A stretch of DNA of 63,641 nucleotides, filler included, from Choristocarpus tenellus KU-1152 (lineage: Eukaryota > Protista > Phaeophyceae), in assembly GCA_964200185.2 (NCBI GenBank). It is 7 parts of 7 records of this genome, joined end to end, with 100 filler letters (N's around TTAATTAATTAA, not from the genome) between each part and the next. Parts side by side here need not be neighbours in the genome. Positions count along the whole stretch, not along the records: positions 1 to 5,509 come from CAXNAD020010573.1; positions 5,610 to 35,633 come from CAXNAD020000094.1; 5 more parts are not named here. One strand, given 5' to 3'. This document shows, in pieces, positions 1 to 12,803 of this stretch. Both the position numbers and the translations under genes were made by a program. Position 1 is the first letter of the stretch, and each line of letters begins with the position of its first letter. The notes below the pieces were generated by a model. That model was given only the letters and a program-made list of their open reading frames with translations, had not been told where the DNA came from and made no database searches.

Positions 1-2218
1 CGGCCTCGTCCCCTTCCCCGGACATTGGGGTTGGGCATTGTCCCTGCTACAGCTTCCCCACTGGTAGCCTGGGCATCTGAGGATGGGGACGGACGAGGCA
101 CCCTGCAGAGTGGGGAGAGGGGGCAAGGAATCCAGTCACATAAACAATATTCACTCTTGGGGTGAGGGGCAAAGGACTACACCAGATTCATCAACAGGTC
201 ATCACATGCTTGACTCCTGGATTGGATAATCAGCAAGAAGAGAGCTGCAGTACCAAACCGAATCCTGACTATCCCACAACGACATCAAGTGTGTTTGATA
301 CTTCCTGCTTGAGAGTTTTCACAAAGGTCTTGAGATTGGGCTTGGGAGTAAGAGATGGACATTATTATTATTATTATTATTATTACTATGCCAACAATGG
401 CAGTAATAGGAAAAAAGGTGCAAACACTCTGGAGTAACACAACTATATACATTACAGATAAATAATTATCAATGAGATTCAATCCAATATACAATACAAG
501 CACTAGAAAGAAGAAGATCAGTAAGTATCAATAGGGTACATGGCACAAAAAGGCCTGTCTATGATACATGGGGTGGCTTCAAAGGGCCATCAACCAAGGA
601 GAGTTGGAAACACCAAAATTTCTACTTTCAAGGATTAAAAAACCAAAAAATGAAATGTTTACAGGTACAGAACCCCAGCACCTCTACAAACTTGGTGTAG
701 GGAATATAGAAAATCTCCAAGGCATCAGTGCCCTCCATTCTTCACAAAAGGGCCTTGCATTCACACCCTGCCTGCTTTGCTTGCCTGGGGTTGGCGGGCC
801 CCCTTGCGACAAAGAAATGCTGCGTTGGTACTCTCTGCTTTACCATGGGCAAAGCAATAGGGTTGGGTCCAGTCACCGCAGCCCCAGCACCAGATCCATC
901 CTCAGCCCCGCCAGCAGCCCCACCAGCTCCACTCCCAGCCTCAGCCCCAGTCTCCAAGTCCTCAGTCCTTGGGTGAGGACTCATCAAGGTTGGGTTGTTG
1001 GTATCCGTTGTACTGTCATCGTCCATGTGCTCCTTTCCTCCCCCAGCTCCACCACCACCACTGTAAACACCAACACCTTCGTCTCCTTCCTTCCGGGTTG
1101 TCCTCTTCTTCCCGAATACCTGTGCGTGTAGATGTGCATGGTGCAGGGTTGTGACATATTTGGATGCTGCAGGTTCATGACTTACAATCACCCGAGGTAA
1201 TCATATTTCTCCTAATTGCAGTGTCAATTGTGCCACACAAAAATCAGCAGGAGGGACAGGGTGGAGGAGAGGAGAACTAGAACTCTGTGTATTGAAAGGG
1301 CATGATGTCCTGTGAGCACCAAACGCCTCCGGCATATGTTACTTGCTCCAAGCACTATGGGCATGTACATCCCCTACACAAAGAAGAGAGGCGAGGTGGT
1401 ACATGGGGGTAGGTAGCACATGTGATAAGAATGGTATACAATTGTTTCCACACCTACCTTGGTGAGCAGCCAAACCACAAAGGGTATGAAGTACACCATA
1501 GCCAACAAGTCCTGGGAGACAAGATGCACCACAACCATGAACGTTTTCAAGCCGCTCTCCTGGAGAAACAGTGCAGGGTAAGGGACAGGAGTGAAGTAAA
1601 TAGGATTGGTCTTGGGGGGTATGATCAGACTTAGGCCTGTGAGTTTGATTAAGGGACGGTTGTGGTTCTGTGAGGTAGGTTGGCTCACAACCACGTCATG
1701 GCGGAGAACAGAAGACATTGAGAGGCCAAGAAATAAAAAAAATATATATTATTCAAGACGACCATGTGACTGAGGCAGAGGATTGACAGTAAACTTAAAT
1801 CAGGATGGAGAGTGTGGAAGCATGGTCGAGGTTCAGGGCTAGGACTCCAGGACAGAAAAGGTCGGGCCGTAGGGACGGCTGAGTGTAGAGGGTGGAGGTT
1901 GCTGGCACATCACGCAGAGGGCAGTCAGTTCCTCTCATTCGACACTGGACTTAGCTAACACAGAACACACATTTGGAATCGACAACAACTGATCACGGTT
2001 CATCACCCTACCTCCAAAAAATAAACAACGCCTTCGGCCAAGGCCGCAGGGTCCACAAAAGGCAGAGATGGACACTCTGGAGAGTGGCACTCCAGCATGT
2101 CCTCCGTGGCGTGAACCTCAACCGTCCACGGCATCGTCACCAGTCGTCCACCACAAGACAGGACCGTCTGGTCACCGCATAGGTTCCGCACGTTTCTCTG
2201 GGTGAAGTCATCGTATAA
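1..2218 (-). pseudogene. Degenerate multi-exon gene of unknown family (possibly TE-borne)
   Basis: Exon-like segments bounded by AG/GT on the minus strand: ~2012-2218 (LYDDFTQRNV...VVYFLE), ~1459-1560 (ESGLKTFMVVVHL...WLLTK), ~690-1118 (VFGKKRTT..., Gly/Ala-rich) and 1-102. In-frame stops are present. No family recognised. Confidence 0.3.
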
Positions 2219-2516
2219 CTGAGAGGTGTCGAATATTGTACGGGGTCGAAGTTAGCATAATCATGGAATCGAGGCATGACTTTGGACTACGCTTCCCTGT
2301 CGTTGCCAATCCCGTCGCCTCTATTCATCGTAGCACAGGCGTTCGGACCAACGCTTCACAGAACAGACTTCCACACCCGCTTCAAGGAACCCTCCCCCCC
2401 TTCCTTCTGCCACATTTCGACGTCAACATCACAACACGAGATGGAGCGAGGTGAGACATACGAGCTTCAGGCTCCGTTCTCACAGCAGGAAGACATCTTT
2501 TAAGTGAACGTATCTC

Positions 2517-2725
2517 AGCTTGGCTTCCCATGTTTTTGTTTTATTACATTTTCCTAGCCCAAAATGTTTTGGAGTAGGTAAAATGTGTATGTGATGAAAA
2601 GGTGTGTCCGAAACAAAGATATTGACACTTCCTAACAAACACGAAAGCCAAATTACATCAAAATCGCAACATTGGATTTTGGCCCCCAAATGGAGGCGGC
2701 TCTACCCTCTAAGATACTTCGACTC
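2517..2725. mobile_element. MITE family A, truncated copy
   Basis: Aligns by eye with the 260-bp copies at 5762-6021, 42661-42919 and 55883-56142. Ends in taccctctaagatacttcgactc. Confidence 0.8.
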
Positions 2726-3853
2726 TTTTGGCAATGGATACGTAACCCCCTTCTAAGTCAATACTCGCCTTGGCACCGTGGTTCGGTCCAACGGCGAGCG
2801 AAGTGACGAGAACGACTCGAACCCACATTGTCGTGACCCACGAGCACATCGATGACATGGCTTGGATATATCTCGTAGCACCACCACACTGACTGCTTGA
2901 TGGGATATAGGTACCTTCAAGTAATAATGCAAACATGAAGATACAGATGATCCTCAACAAGAAACGCCTTTTTGTTTCTTTGCCCAGTCGTATGAGGGGG
3001 CGCACGAAGAACCTCGCCACGCACTCATGCGAGAATCGCGCGAGAGACTTTGTGGGGGTATAGACAAGACAAAATACACTATGATGCTGGGTGTTTAGTG
3101 GTAGTATTGCGCACACTGGTAGTCAGTATTATTATTGATGCAAGGGTGTGGCAAACACTAGTGTGTAGTGTGTCTGCCTTCGTCAATCCCTGAAAGTGGA
3201 ATAGTTGTCGACAACTGGCTACCTAGCCCTCCAGTCACCTACCAAACCGATGCAACAACTGTTGACCCATCCACCCAGGTAATACCAACACACGTTTCAT
3301 CTGGGCATGGATCAACCAGCGTGCACGTTAAGTTAAAAATCTCTCTGTAGGGCCTTGCCTTGTTTGTGCGTAAGGGATATAAATTCTTGAAATTGGTAGG
3401 TGGGATAGATATTTATCTTTGGGTCCTTGACTTCTTCAATGAGTTAACGAAATCAGACTCACCATTTCCATTTTCAGCATCATGTAAGACGGCTCTTGTA
3501 AGCATCCCTCTAATATTTTGATTCTGTTGGAAACCCTTATATTTTTACTATGTCACTCACACCCAAGGTTTTGGTGTTACGGTCGGTACCAATAGTGTTG
3601 TACGAGAGGAGGGGAGAGGTTTCCAAATCGGACCAGTTTTACTCTTCCTCCTACTTCCACGTTACTACTTAAGATTTTGTACAACATGTATCGTGATGAG
3701 GTGGAACACCATTTTTGCTTTTCTTTGCGTGCGGTTTAATGACGCGCGAATATGGGCACTTCAAACCGAAATATTATCCATTGAATAGTCACTATTATTA
3801 TTGTTTGTAGTATCAATGATCCTTTCACTTTACATGCCCCCTGCAAAGGACCC

Positions 3854-4104
3854 CAAACAAATTCAGAGGTAGGCAGCTTTGGGCCCTTTTGCATTCTAAG
3901 TGATCGTTCTTGCTCTCTGCAATATTACTTATTACATTGCTTTATCTGTACAAAGGTTTACGCAGAATTGATGTTCCCCTTTTCCACATACAAAGCGACA
4001 CCAGAATTAAGCAAAGGCCCTTCCTGCCAATGTACAAGATACCATCTTTCCCCTCTTTCTTGGGGTCCTCATAATGCTACCCTGCCTACCTCTCAATTGG
4101 TTTG
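3854..4104. mobile_element. MITE family C (~250 bp, TIR CAAAC(C/A)AATT(G/C)AGAGGTAGGCAG)
   Basis: Imperfect ~24-bp terminal inverted repeats. A second diverged copy lies at 11080-11323. Confidence 0.7.
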
Positions 4105-5509
4105 CCTCAAGTGTCACAACCCACCGTCCATGGTCAGAGCCACTACACACTACGCCACTTCTCATGCTAACTACTGTTGTACCAGTACCTAACTGTTGGT
4201 GCAGTTAGTTCTAGTCGTACTACTCTTGTGCCTCCTTCGTTTGCACCTCGGTTCTCGAGTGTTGTGTCCAGCTAGTGATGGATATTATAATACTGCTCGT
4301 CGCTCCAACTCCTCCCTCAAAACTTGTGGTGGACCTGCCTGAGTGCTGCCTGGCATTGGACGGACATTGGACGGAGCCTTGCCACCATGTGTTCTTGGTT
4401 CAGCGCTTTGGCGGTGGGGTATAGTGATAGTAATAGTAAGATAATAGGGTAGTATAGACAGGTGTACGATATGTGTTAATAACGTACAGTGTTTGCCACG
4501 TGCACATGGACTAGGGATATTCGAAATCGTATCTCCACATAAATATGTCTAACGTTGACGAGGTTTGAAAGAGCAAAATTCATGCATGAAGTAGTCTCTT
4601 TCCTCAACCAGTGAGGAGCCTCAGGGATGCAGTAGGTGGCTGACTGGGTAGCGCCTTTGTCGTGCACCACATTGGGCGACAGCAAGCTACACAATCTATA
4701 TATTCTACCTTTCTGGAATGCTCTACTTTGCAGAGAGACATATATGTTGGGGGTACTTGTCCTTGCTTCAACGCATATGTCACATACGGGTCAGGCAAGT
4801 ATCCCCCAGGGATGTTTGTTTGGTTTGGTTTGCACTCACTCAGTACCCTTGGGGACCTCTGTCCATTAGCAGCCTGGCACTATTTTCCCCACAGTTCACA
4901 CTCACTCGTTCCCATCACCATAGTCCTCACTTCGGGAAATACGCCTGCCAGCATCAACCGAAGGTGACCCCGTGCTAGCATCAGTACAGCCTGTTTACAT
5001 GGAGCAATCCTGACCTCCTTCCGCCGAAGGATGCTAACACGAATACCAACCTCAATCCCTAAGCCCATTCCAAGAGCTGCCAGCACTGGAACCACTCCAA
5101 TGTCGATGTCTTCCTGGTCAAATCCTCCAGGTTCAAACATTTCGTCTTCTGAGTAGCTGTTGCGTCGACTAACCTGCACTCATCAGGCAGGTCATCACGG
5201 ATGAGAAGATCAGAACATGACTTCAGTAGTGTGCTGGCAACTACAACGTAACATCATGGTGTAAAGAACCAATGTCGTAACAACACGACCAAAAAACATT
5301 GGACCACTTAACCCTTAAACTTGCTCCATAATTGCAACTACATAGTTTGACACATCACATCAACAACATGCTGCAATGCTAATACAGAAGAGAGAATCAA
5401 TTCAATACCACACCCTTAGAACAAATCACATCAATGCACAATTCCCCTATCCCCCAACCCCTCTCCCCCCCCCCCCCACCGCTCACGCCCAAACCTCCAC
5501 ATGGTCCCC

Positions 5510-5609
5510 NNNNNNNNNNNNNNNNNNNNNNNNNNNNNNNNNNNNNNNNNNNNTTAATTAATTAANNNNNNNNNNNNNNNNNNNNNNNNNNNNNNNNNNN
5601 NNNNNNNNN
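5510..5609. other. Artificial contig linker (N-TTAATTAATTAA-N, stops in six frames)
   Basis: 100-bp N block with a central TTAATTAATTAA. Identical linkers occur at 35634-35733, 43380-43479, 51826-51925, 54610-54709 and 60978-61077. Confidence 0.98.
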
Positions 5610-5669
5610 GCCAAGCCCCACAAATGGACAAACAGGGAAAAATTCGTACCCTCTAAGATAGTTTCACTC
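5610..5669. mobile_element. MITE family A, terminal fragment at contig start
   Basis: gccaagcccc...gtaccctctaagatagtttcactc matches the end of 55883-56142. Confidence 0.75.
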
Positions 5670-5761
5670 CATGGAACCCTGTTTGACAAACATCCCCAAT
5701 TATTGTTAAGGCAAACAACAAGAATAATTGCTAAAGTGATCAGCAGACATGCTACAGTTCA

Positions 5762-6021
5762 GATTGAAAGTATGTTAGAGGGTACGAGTTTTGGTCTATT
5801 CTGTCCACTTGAGGCTTGGCTTCCCATGGGTTCTTTAGGATATTTTACCTACTCCGAAATGTTCCGGAGCAGGTAAAATGTATACATTTTGAAAAGGATT
5901 GGAACAGGGGTATTGACACTTCCTTACAACCACAATACCCATAATTACATCAACATCGCAACATTGGATTTTGGGCCCCAAACGGTCGGTTGGGGCTTTA
6001 CCCTCTAAGGTACTTTCACTC
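5762..6021. mobile_element. MITE family A, full length (260 bp)
   Basis: TIRs gattgaaagtatgttagagggta / taccctctaaggtactttcactc, with TCA on both flanks. Confidence 0.85.
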
Positions 6022-6099
6022 TCACCTACAAGTATAGACCTTAGAGCCGTAGATATACATTGGTGCTGTTTTTTTTCTGCAAGCAACTGTTGCAACCAT

Positions 6100-7418
6100 G
6101 AACGGTACAGAGGCTTCCTAATGCTCTGTCTATACCTCTGTGCTGTCCTCAAAAACGGTTCCAACCACTCCAATTCAGTACCCCAGTTAGTTCTGGTAGC
6201 ACTTTACCAGAAGGTCCACCGTTTTCATCATGCTGATCATGCATTTCTATACCTGGGTGCTGTTTTCCTCCGCCTTTGGTCTAAGTCCATCCTTAGAGTC
6301 TGCAGGGCAACATTGCCTGCATGCCTTTTGACATCAAGCTCAATTGTAGCCTTCTGGTGCTCCTTGCGAAGGGAAAATTCATCCCTCTGTGTCGTCTCTT
6401 GGAGGGCCAGCTTCCTTTCTTTCCTTGAGACTCTGCTCTGCCTCAATACTCCCTGGGGTTCAAATCTTCCTGTGCATGTATTTTGCCATGGCGTCTTCTA
6501 GATATAGGCCAGCCCTGCCGCCAGAGCTACAAATGCTGCTTCCACTGTCCAAAGACCGGGAGACCTTTTTTGCACACTTGTTTCTACTCCCAGCAGTAGC
6601 CATGGCAGTGTCAATCACCCGTGGGGGGTAGTTCAGGCAAATGGTTTTGGTGACCAGGTGCTCGTTGACTGGCAAGCAATGCCAAAACTTCACGTATGGG
6701 ATACAGTACACTCACGATCTGGGCACGAGCCTCTCTTTTATTTTCCTCATTGGCCAGTCCAGTCTCGTGGGCCCTCTTCTCCCCAGCAGCCACTGTCCTC
6801 TCCTCGTCATTATCATTTAGAAGGCGCTGCAGTTCATCAGGTAGCCCATCCCGGTTGCCGCTGACCTATTCTCCGTCCTCCTTATATTTCTTGAACATTG
6901 TGGGCAGCTTCCTGTACTGACGGTTGCATGCCTTGCCGTTGATACTAGCCAGAGCGAAGGGAGGCTCGTCGATGATTGCTGTAGCAGCACCCTCCCACAC
7001 ATCACCTTGCTGCCCGTCGACAGTCAAGTGTGGCTTATCGTGTGCAACCTGTGCAAAACCACACAGGGGACAAGGAAGTGCGATATTTCATGACTTCTAG
7101 AGTTTGACTACCATTGTGCAAGTTGACAGGTAAGTACTCCTCCTATTTTCTGCGACTTACTTGCTTCATGAGCTTGATCCACGCATCGATGTCCCATACC
7201 ATAAGGTTCTTGCGGCCACGTTCCGCAGAACCAGTAGTGGGTGACCCCAAATCCCGACTGTTCTGGACAAGTGTCATCGGGGAAGGCAGGGAGTCTTCCT
7301 GTGGCATGGGACCTTGGAATCTGGGCACAGTTGACCCCGATGCTTCCACCTGCATGGCAGGTGCATTGTTCAAGCCTGGCCTGGCAAAGGCTGCACCGGC
7401 ATAGTTCTTTGAGGCCAT
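6100..7418 (-). pseudogene. Myb/SANT-like (trihelix) DNA-binding ORF of PIF/Harbinger type, intron-containing, degenerate
   Basis: ATG at 7418. Spliced translation WDIDAWIKLMKQ|VAHDKPHL...GDVWEGAATAI...INGKACNRQYRKL..FKK...SG followed by a charged coiled-coil tail. Intron 7160-7049 (GTAAGT..CAG) and a donor at 6715 (GTGAGT). In-frame stops present. Confidence 0.6.
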
Positions 7419-7692
7419 GGTGTTGAGTACAGGAGAGGAATGTCCAGGGAAAGGGTCAAAATAGATGTAAGCTAACACGGGCTACGACAGACTGCTCTTT
7501 CATCACGACGTGTCCACTAACCCCGCTGAAGATAGTTTGAATTTCCTGTCACCTTCGGGTGGTGTTTCTTGTTTTTTGCATTTTTTTTTTTTGGTAGTGA
7601 ATTTCATTTTGCATACACTGATTTTCATGGTGGATTTTCTGATCGCCGTTGGGCAAAACACCATAATGATTTTCATTTGCGCACTCTAATAT

Positions 7693-7793
7693 ATAATCTG
7701 GGGGTAGAGCTAAACTGGAAATATATGGAAACACATAACTGGCTCTACCTTTCCTAGCCCACTCCACCCGTGGTGCCCATGGTGTGTCAGCAA
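7693..7793 (+). repeat. Dispersed ~100-bp repeat
   Basis: ataatctggggg-tagagctaaactggaaa...ctctacctttcctagcccactccacc recurs in diverged form at 10668-10769. Confidence 0.65.
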
Positions 7794-8429
7794 CGAGCCA
7801 GATTAAACCAGAGGTGCCCAGATTTTGGTCTTTTTGTATTTGAAGCCTGTCAATTTTTTGCAATTCACCCACATTTCTACGGATGAAGTGCTAAGTTTGA
7901 CTTGAGTGTTTGTTTCTCCAGTATTTGAAATTCTTTCGAGACAATTCATAAAATATCCTGTATACATTTGTGAAAAAAAGGTCAAATTTTATGCATCTCG
8001 GTCAGTATCCCCAAAATGCAGCTCTGGTTACCTCTTGTTTACTTTGACTCAACATTATCCACGAGCACTCTACTTGCTGCGCAGATACTATACACCCTCA
8101 AATCGTAACTTCCTAAAAACAAGAGAAAAACTTCTACTAGCACCCTAAAACAATGCTACGGCCAATACACCCCTAACATTCATGTTGATGTTGGGTCTGT
8201 ATAGGTCCTAGAAATCAGCCATTGATCTACTACTGTCCTCCGTTCGGAATGAAATGTAACATAACTTTTGTAGCCCTGATGAAGAAGCAAGGTTTTTTTG
8301 AAATGTTCATATTTTATGGGTGTATTGTGCAGACACTAAAAGGTTGCCCAACAAAATTCCAAGCAAAATGGGGTAGCCTCTATGTATCTATGATTCCGTC
8401 CCTGAAGCTCTCCAAAACTCAATTCCAGC

Positions 8430-8920
8430 AGTGTTTTGCAGCAAGCACGAGGGCATTTAGGTGGAGCTTGCATGCATTCTCAGTCTTTTCCTTGCTAAGA
8501 TGGGGGAATTCTGAAGATATTGTCGACCTTGGACTACAACACTTCACCATAGACTGCAGGGGTACACATTGAATGCCTACATTGTGGCCATCACCAGCTC
8601 CTCTGTGTTGGTCACCCCCATATCTTCCTTCAGTTGCAGGATGGAATGAAAGAATCCCAGGTCGTTGACATTTAGGGCAGGTGAGTTGGCTGGCTAGGTC
8701 TCTATGACATTATTATTCCATGCCGTTTTCTCGATTGCCTCCATGATCCATCTGTGGCTTTGCCCTGTCCTACTGCATGAAGATGATGTGTCCTTCCGAC
8801 CTAGGCATGTGGCCTTTGATTGCCGGGATGGCACCCTTGATCATGAGCTTCTTAGACCTCTCTCCGTCCTCCATGGCTGGCATTAGCACCTTGGTGCCCT
8901 TTGAGTGGTGTTTGCTGTAT
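8430..8920 (-). mobile_element. Degenerate DD39D (plant-type mariner) transposase fragment
   Basis: Minus-strand motifs Q*DRAKP (cf. QQDGAKPH) and T*PANSPALNVNDLGFFHSI (cf. QPPNSPDLNVLDLGFF), with stops and frameshifts. Confidence 0.75.
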
Positions 8921-9140
8921 CCACCCGACATATGCAACCAAATCACCCAAAAATCGCGACATGAAAAAATTTACCCCAAGTGGACAGCCGCCACCCCCCC
9001 CCCCCAGAGGCTTTTAGCCGCAAAACAGATAGGAACAACCCACACGANNNNNNNNNNAACCAAACCACCCAAAAATCGCGCCATGAAAAAATTTACCCCA
9101 AGTGGACAGCCGCCACCCCCCCCCCCAGATACTTTGAGCC
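8917..9140 (+). mobile_element. MITE family B (poly-G/C TIR), partial copies around a 10-N gap
   Basis: aaccaaatcacccaaaaatcgcgacatgaaaaaatttaccccaagtggacagccgccaccccc-cagatactttgagcc is shared with 41361-41535 and 42160-42463. The duplication across the gap may be an assembly artefact. Confidence 0.75.
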
Positions 9141-9379
9141 ACAAGACAAATGGGAACAACTCACATTAACCAAGATGCAAAAACAACAAATAAGTGGCAA
9201 GACATTCACAAGGCGAAACGTTCTACGTTGCTGAAATAAGAGGTTCTAATATATCCTTCAAACCATTCCAACCTTGAGATGATGACTTCCACCTCCTGCA
9301 ATTCAGATTCATGTAGGGGAGGAAGAGTTTCCCTGTGTAGCCCCCCCCCCCTGTCACAAACCTTCTTGTCCTAACCCTG

Positions 9380-10330
9380 GGCCAAACATTTAGGGGGCAC
9401 TCACTCTCATCATGACCCATCCCTGTGTGCCTGTTGCACCTTTTTTGCTGCCGTTCTCCCCCAGTCTGGTGGGTGCACTTGCGTGCCTAGCCCGATCAAG
9501 GTCAGGACAGTTATACCTTGTGTGACCACCTTGGCTGCGCAAGAAACAAAATGCACGACCCCTTCCTTACCCCTTCCTACCAGCGGCCTAAATTCCTGTA
9601 CCTGCGACCGGAGCATGTTCGTTTGGTCTGTTTCCTGATGATTTTGATATGACAGCGGCCTACAAGTCTTTGGACCTGGCCACAATTATGTCTTCTACTT
9701 GTTTGATGGTCTTAATCTCGCTGAAACCAATGAACCTCTTTAACTGGGAGTAGTTCTCTCTCGGCTTGTTGAGGATAGTGACCACCTTGGTCTCCTCGCT
9801 AATTACCTCGCCCATTGATTCTAGTCTAGTGTCTAACCAGGATAACTCAGTGATCCATGGCAAAGGGTCCTTTCTCTCATCAAGAGATAGGTAATCCAGT
9901 TCCTATTGCACACGTCTTGCATAAATGTGGCATAAAGCATGTGCCACCCTGAACTTGGGGAACCTGGTGCAATGAATGCATGGAGAACTCAATCCTCAGC
10001 ATGATATGCAGCAGTTATCAACTTTCTTGGCCTTTCCAGTCATGATCTGGAGGTCTTTGTCATCCATACAGACAGGTATCACAACTGGAAAGGTTGGCAT
10101 TGATCCTCCTACTGTTATGATCTAGTATCTCCTCAGTCACTCTGTGCAGAACTTGTTGTACTCACTGCTGGAAGTGCCTGCCTCAGGTCCATGTTCATCA
10201 CTCAGTCTGATCCCCAGAGATGTCATTGGGATCATAAAGAGTGAGCTTGCATTGGTGACTTGAGCTCTAACTACAAAAGCGAAAGTCCTCACCCACCTTC
10301 GAGTGAAGGCTGGATGATTGGTTACTTTGG
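9380..10330 (-). mobile_element. Degenerate Ty1/Copia gag remnant
   Basis: DPLPWITELSWLDTRLESMGEVISEETKVVTILNK.RENYSQLK is Copia gag/UBN2-like. It is followed by a zinc-knuckle remnant C...GHDESECP. Frameshifted. Confidence 0.65.
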
Positions 10331-11079
10331 TGCTGCTGCTGGTGGGTATCTCATACACACTGCTATAAGTCAACACCTGCCTTGTCACTCAGCACGTCCC
10401 TGGAATGATAGGTTTGATGAAGTATTCCACACTAAACCCATGATTAAGATCATCAATCATGTGCCTTGGTGTGAAGATACAATATCTGTATTAAAAGGGG
10501 CTTGTGGTGTCGATTCCATTGACTGAAGTAGTTGGGGTAAGACAGGTGTAGACTACTATGTAGGTTTTGCAATGTCCACATGGAGATCCAGAAAAGAATA
10601 GTATCACTTGATCACAAGTACTGTATGATACATCAACAGATAATCTAATACCAGGTTCCTAAAATACATAATTGGGGGGTAGAGGTAAACCGGAAACATA
10701 TGGAAAAACGTAACTGACTCTACCTTTACTAACCCACTCCACCAGTGATGTCTACAGTGTATCAGCAGCACTTTCCACGAACACTTCTTTGTTGATACTA
10801 AGAAAAATGTATGGAGAGTGAAAGTATCTTAGATGTATCCTACTGTCTTAGTCCCCACCCATCCTTCCATGAGAATGAAATTTTGTCTTTGGGAGGAGTC
10901 TACTGCACCACATGTGTAGTTTCTCCCAGAAAGTGTACTGACCTGTCCTTAAAGCTTTCTTTGAGTATATTTCATGATGAAGGTAGTCCCAATTGAACTC
11001 TCTGTCATTAGTAGTTGAACCTTAATAAGTTTACTGAAGGACTCTACTTCATTGGTGATCTGTTTCAGGATTGACTCCT

Positions 11080-11323
11080 CAAACAATTAAGAGGTGGGTA
11101 GGTTTGGACCCTTTTGCATTCTAAGTCATCTTACCATGTGCAAGTACAATCTACTGCATTGTGTTATGTGCGCAATAGTCGACGCAAAATTGACCTTCCC
11201 CTTTCGACACACAAAGAGACTTCACAATTAAGAAAAGGCTCTCTCCAATTGTACAAAATGACATCTTTTTGCCCGTTTTTGGGATCTTTAAAATGCAACC
11301 CTGCCTACCTCTCGATTGGTTTG
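11080..11323. mobile_element. MITE family C, second copy
   Basis: Homologous to 3854-4104. TIRs caaacaattaagaggtgggtagg / cctgcctacctctcgattggtttg. Confidence 0.7.
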
Positions 11324-12218
11324 GCTCTCCTTCACTGTCAATCCCAATCAAAAGGTATCTCTCTTCCCAAGACCTCCCCCGAAAATATCTGGGAAATTAA
11401 TTTTGGTTTGGAACTATAATCCAGAAATCCTACCTCGCATTTTGTGTATCACAACCACCACTCCTATGTAAAAACATAAAGTATTTATCGTACTCTTCCA
11501 TCAATAAAAATGTGCACATAAATATTAATAGTACCACTCACACATCTATGGAAGATGTACCACATTTGTATGTACCAGTCTCCTATCTGCGAAAGGTATA
11601 CAAAAGGGTCTCCAATACAAACACATAGATTTGAATCCCACCGCAATTATTTTGTGAGCACAAGTTGTAAAGATCACCGTGTGTTGATTTGTCAACATTT
11701 CATCAAATTGTCGGAAGATACTGTCCCACACCACTCCCAGAAAAAGTAAGAATGGGTACCAACTGTTTAGATCTACAAATCAAAGAGTGAACTCCTAAAT
11801 GATCTGTAAGGATATGCCTCAAAATGTGAAACTCCGATTTATGACTGCAGATGTCACTGATTTGTAGAAAAAATATTTGTACGTCACAAACCTGATCTCA
11901 TTTGTCCAACGTGTAGAATGTTACTAAGTTCATCCGTGATATTGCTTCATCACATAAAGAAGATACAAGATTTGACACAGCACACAACATAAACCTACAG
12001 CCACAACTAATCATATCAAAGCTTGTTTATTAAATACCACATTGAGCCATGTCCAAACATACCCTAGTGTTCAATCTCGACACTGCATACTAGAAGAGAA
12101 AAAATGCGTATGAAGTATTATTGATTGGGAGATATTGAAATAGTAGGCAGTACTAGTAGTTATTTGCACATGACTGTTAAGAGAAAAGAGGCACATTCCG
12201 TAGGAAGAAACTAACTTC

Positions 12219-12803
12219 CAGTACTGTGCAAAAATTTTAGTACAAACACAAAATTGGAGTTCCAGACAGGACAACGATCCGAAGCATATGGCGAAGAACC
12301 TTGCCTATTTGAAAGGTGACCGGTGGCCTGCGACCTTGATAGAATGACCTGCACAGTCGCCTGATTTAAATCCCATTGAGAACCTATGGCACAATCTAGA
12401 CTTGCAAGTTCGAAAGAGGTCCAGAAAACCGAAAAATTTGGATGAATTGTTCGATGCACTACGAGAAGAGTGGGAAAACATAAATATGGAATATCTCAAG
12501 AATCTAGGCGCACTCTTATGCCAAAAAGATGAAGAAATGTCGTGAACGCTATAGGATATTGGACCAAGTTTTAGACAGAAGACGAAGAACTGCTTTAAAT
12601 ATGGTTATAGTCAGCTTATGGCGAAATGTAAAAATCGGTTTTTGCAAAATTCACAGTATAATAGGAAGAAATAAAGTGATTTCTTCTATAACAATTTAGG
12701 AGGTCCTTATTAGACATAATAACGATAAGCATGGCAAAATTTCCCGTAGGAACGCACAGAAAAGTCAAATTCACGTTTGTACTAAACTTTTTGCACAGTA
12801 CTG
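12219..12803 (+). mobile_element. Internally deleted Tc1 (DD34E-type) element
   Basis: 29-bp TIRs cagtactgtgcaaaaa(t/g)tttagtacaaac, followed by TA on the right. Internal transposase C-terminus QDNDPKH...*PAQSPDLNPIENLWHNLDLQVRKR. Confidence 0.9.

Noticed and set aside
361-388. (TAT)n microsatellite; also (CTACTG)n at 49470-49503
   Set aside because: Ordinary simple repeats. The latter encodes poly-Ser in the Smr gene.
568-1131. 187-aa plus-strand ORF, and other antisense ORFs such as 5971-6501, 30434-30814, 46400-46843 and 60320-60784
   Set aside because: These are shadows of GC-rich coding sequence on the opposite strand.
5554-5565. Recurrent palindrome TTAATTAATTAA
   Set aside because: Artificial six-frame-stop spacer inside N runs, not biological.
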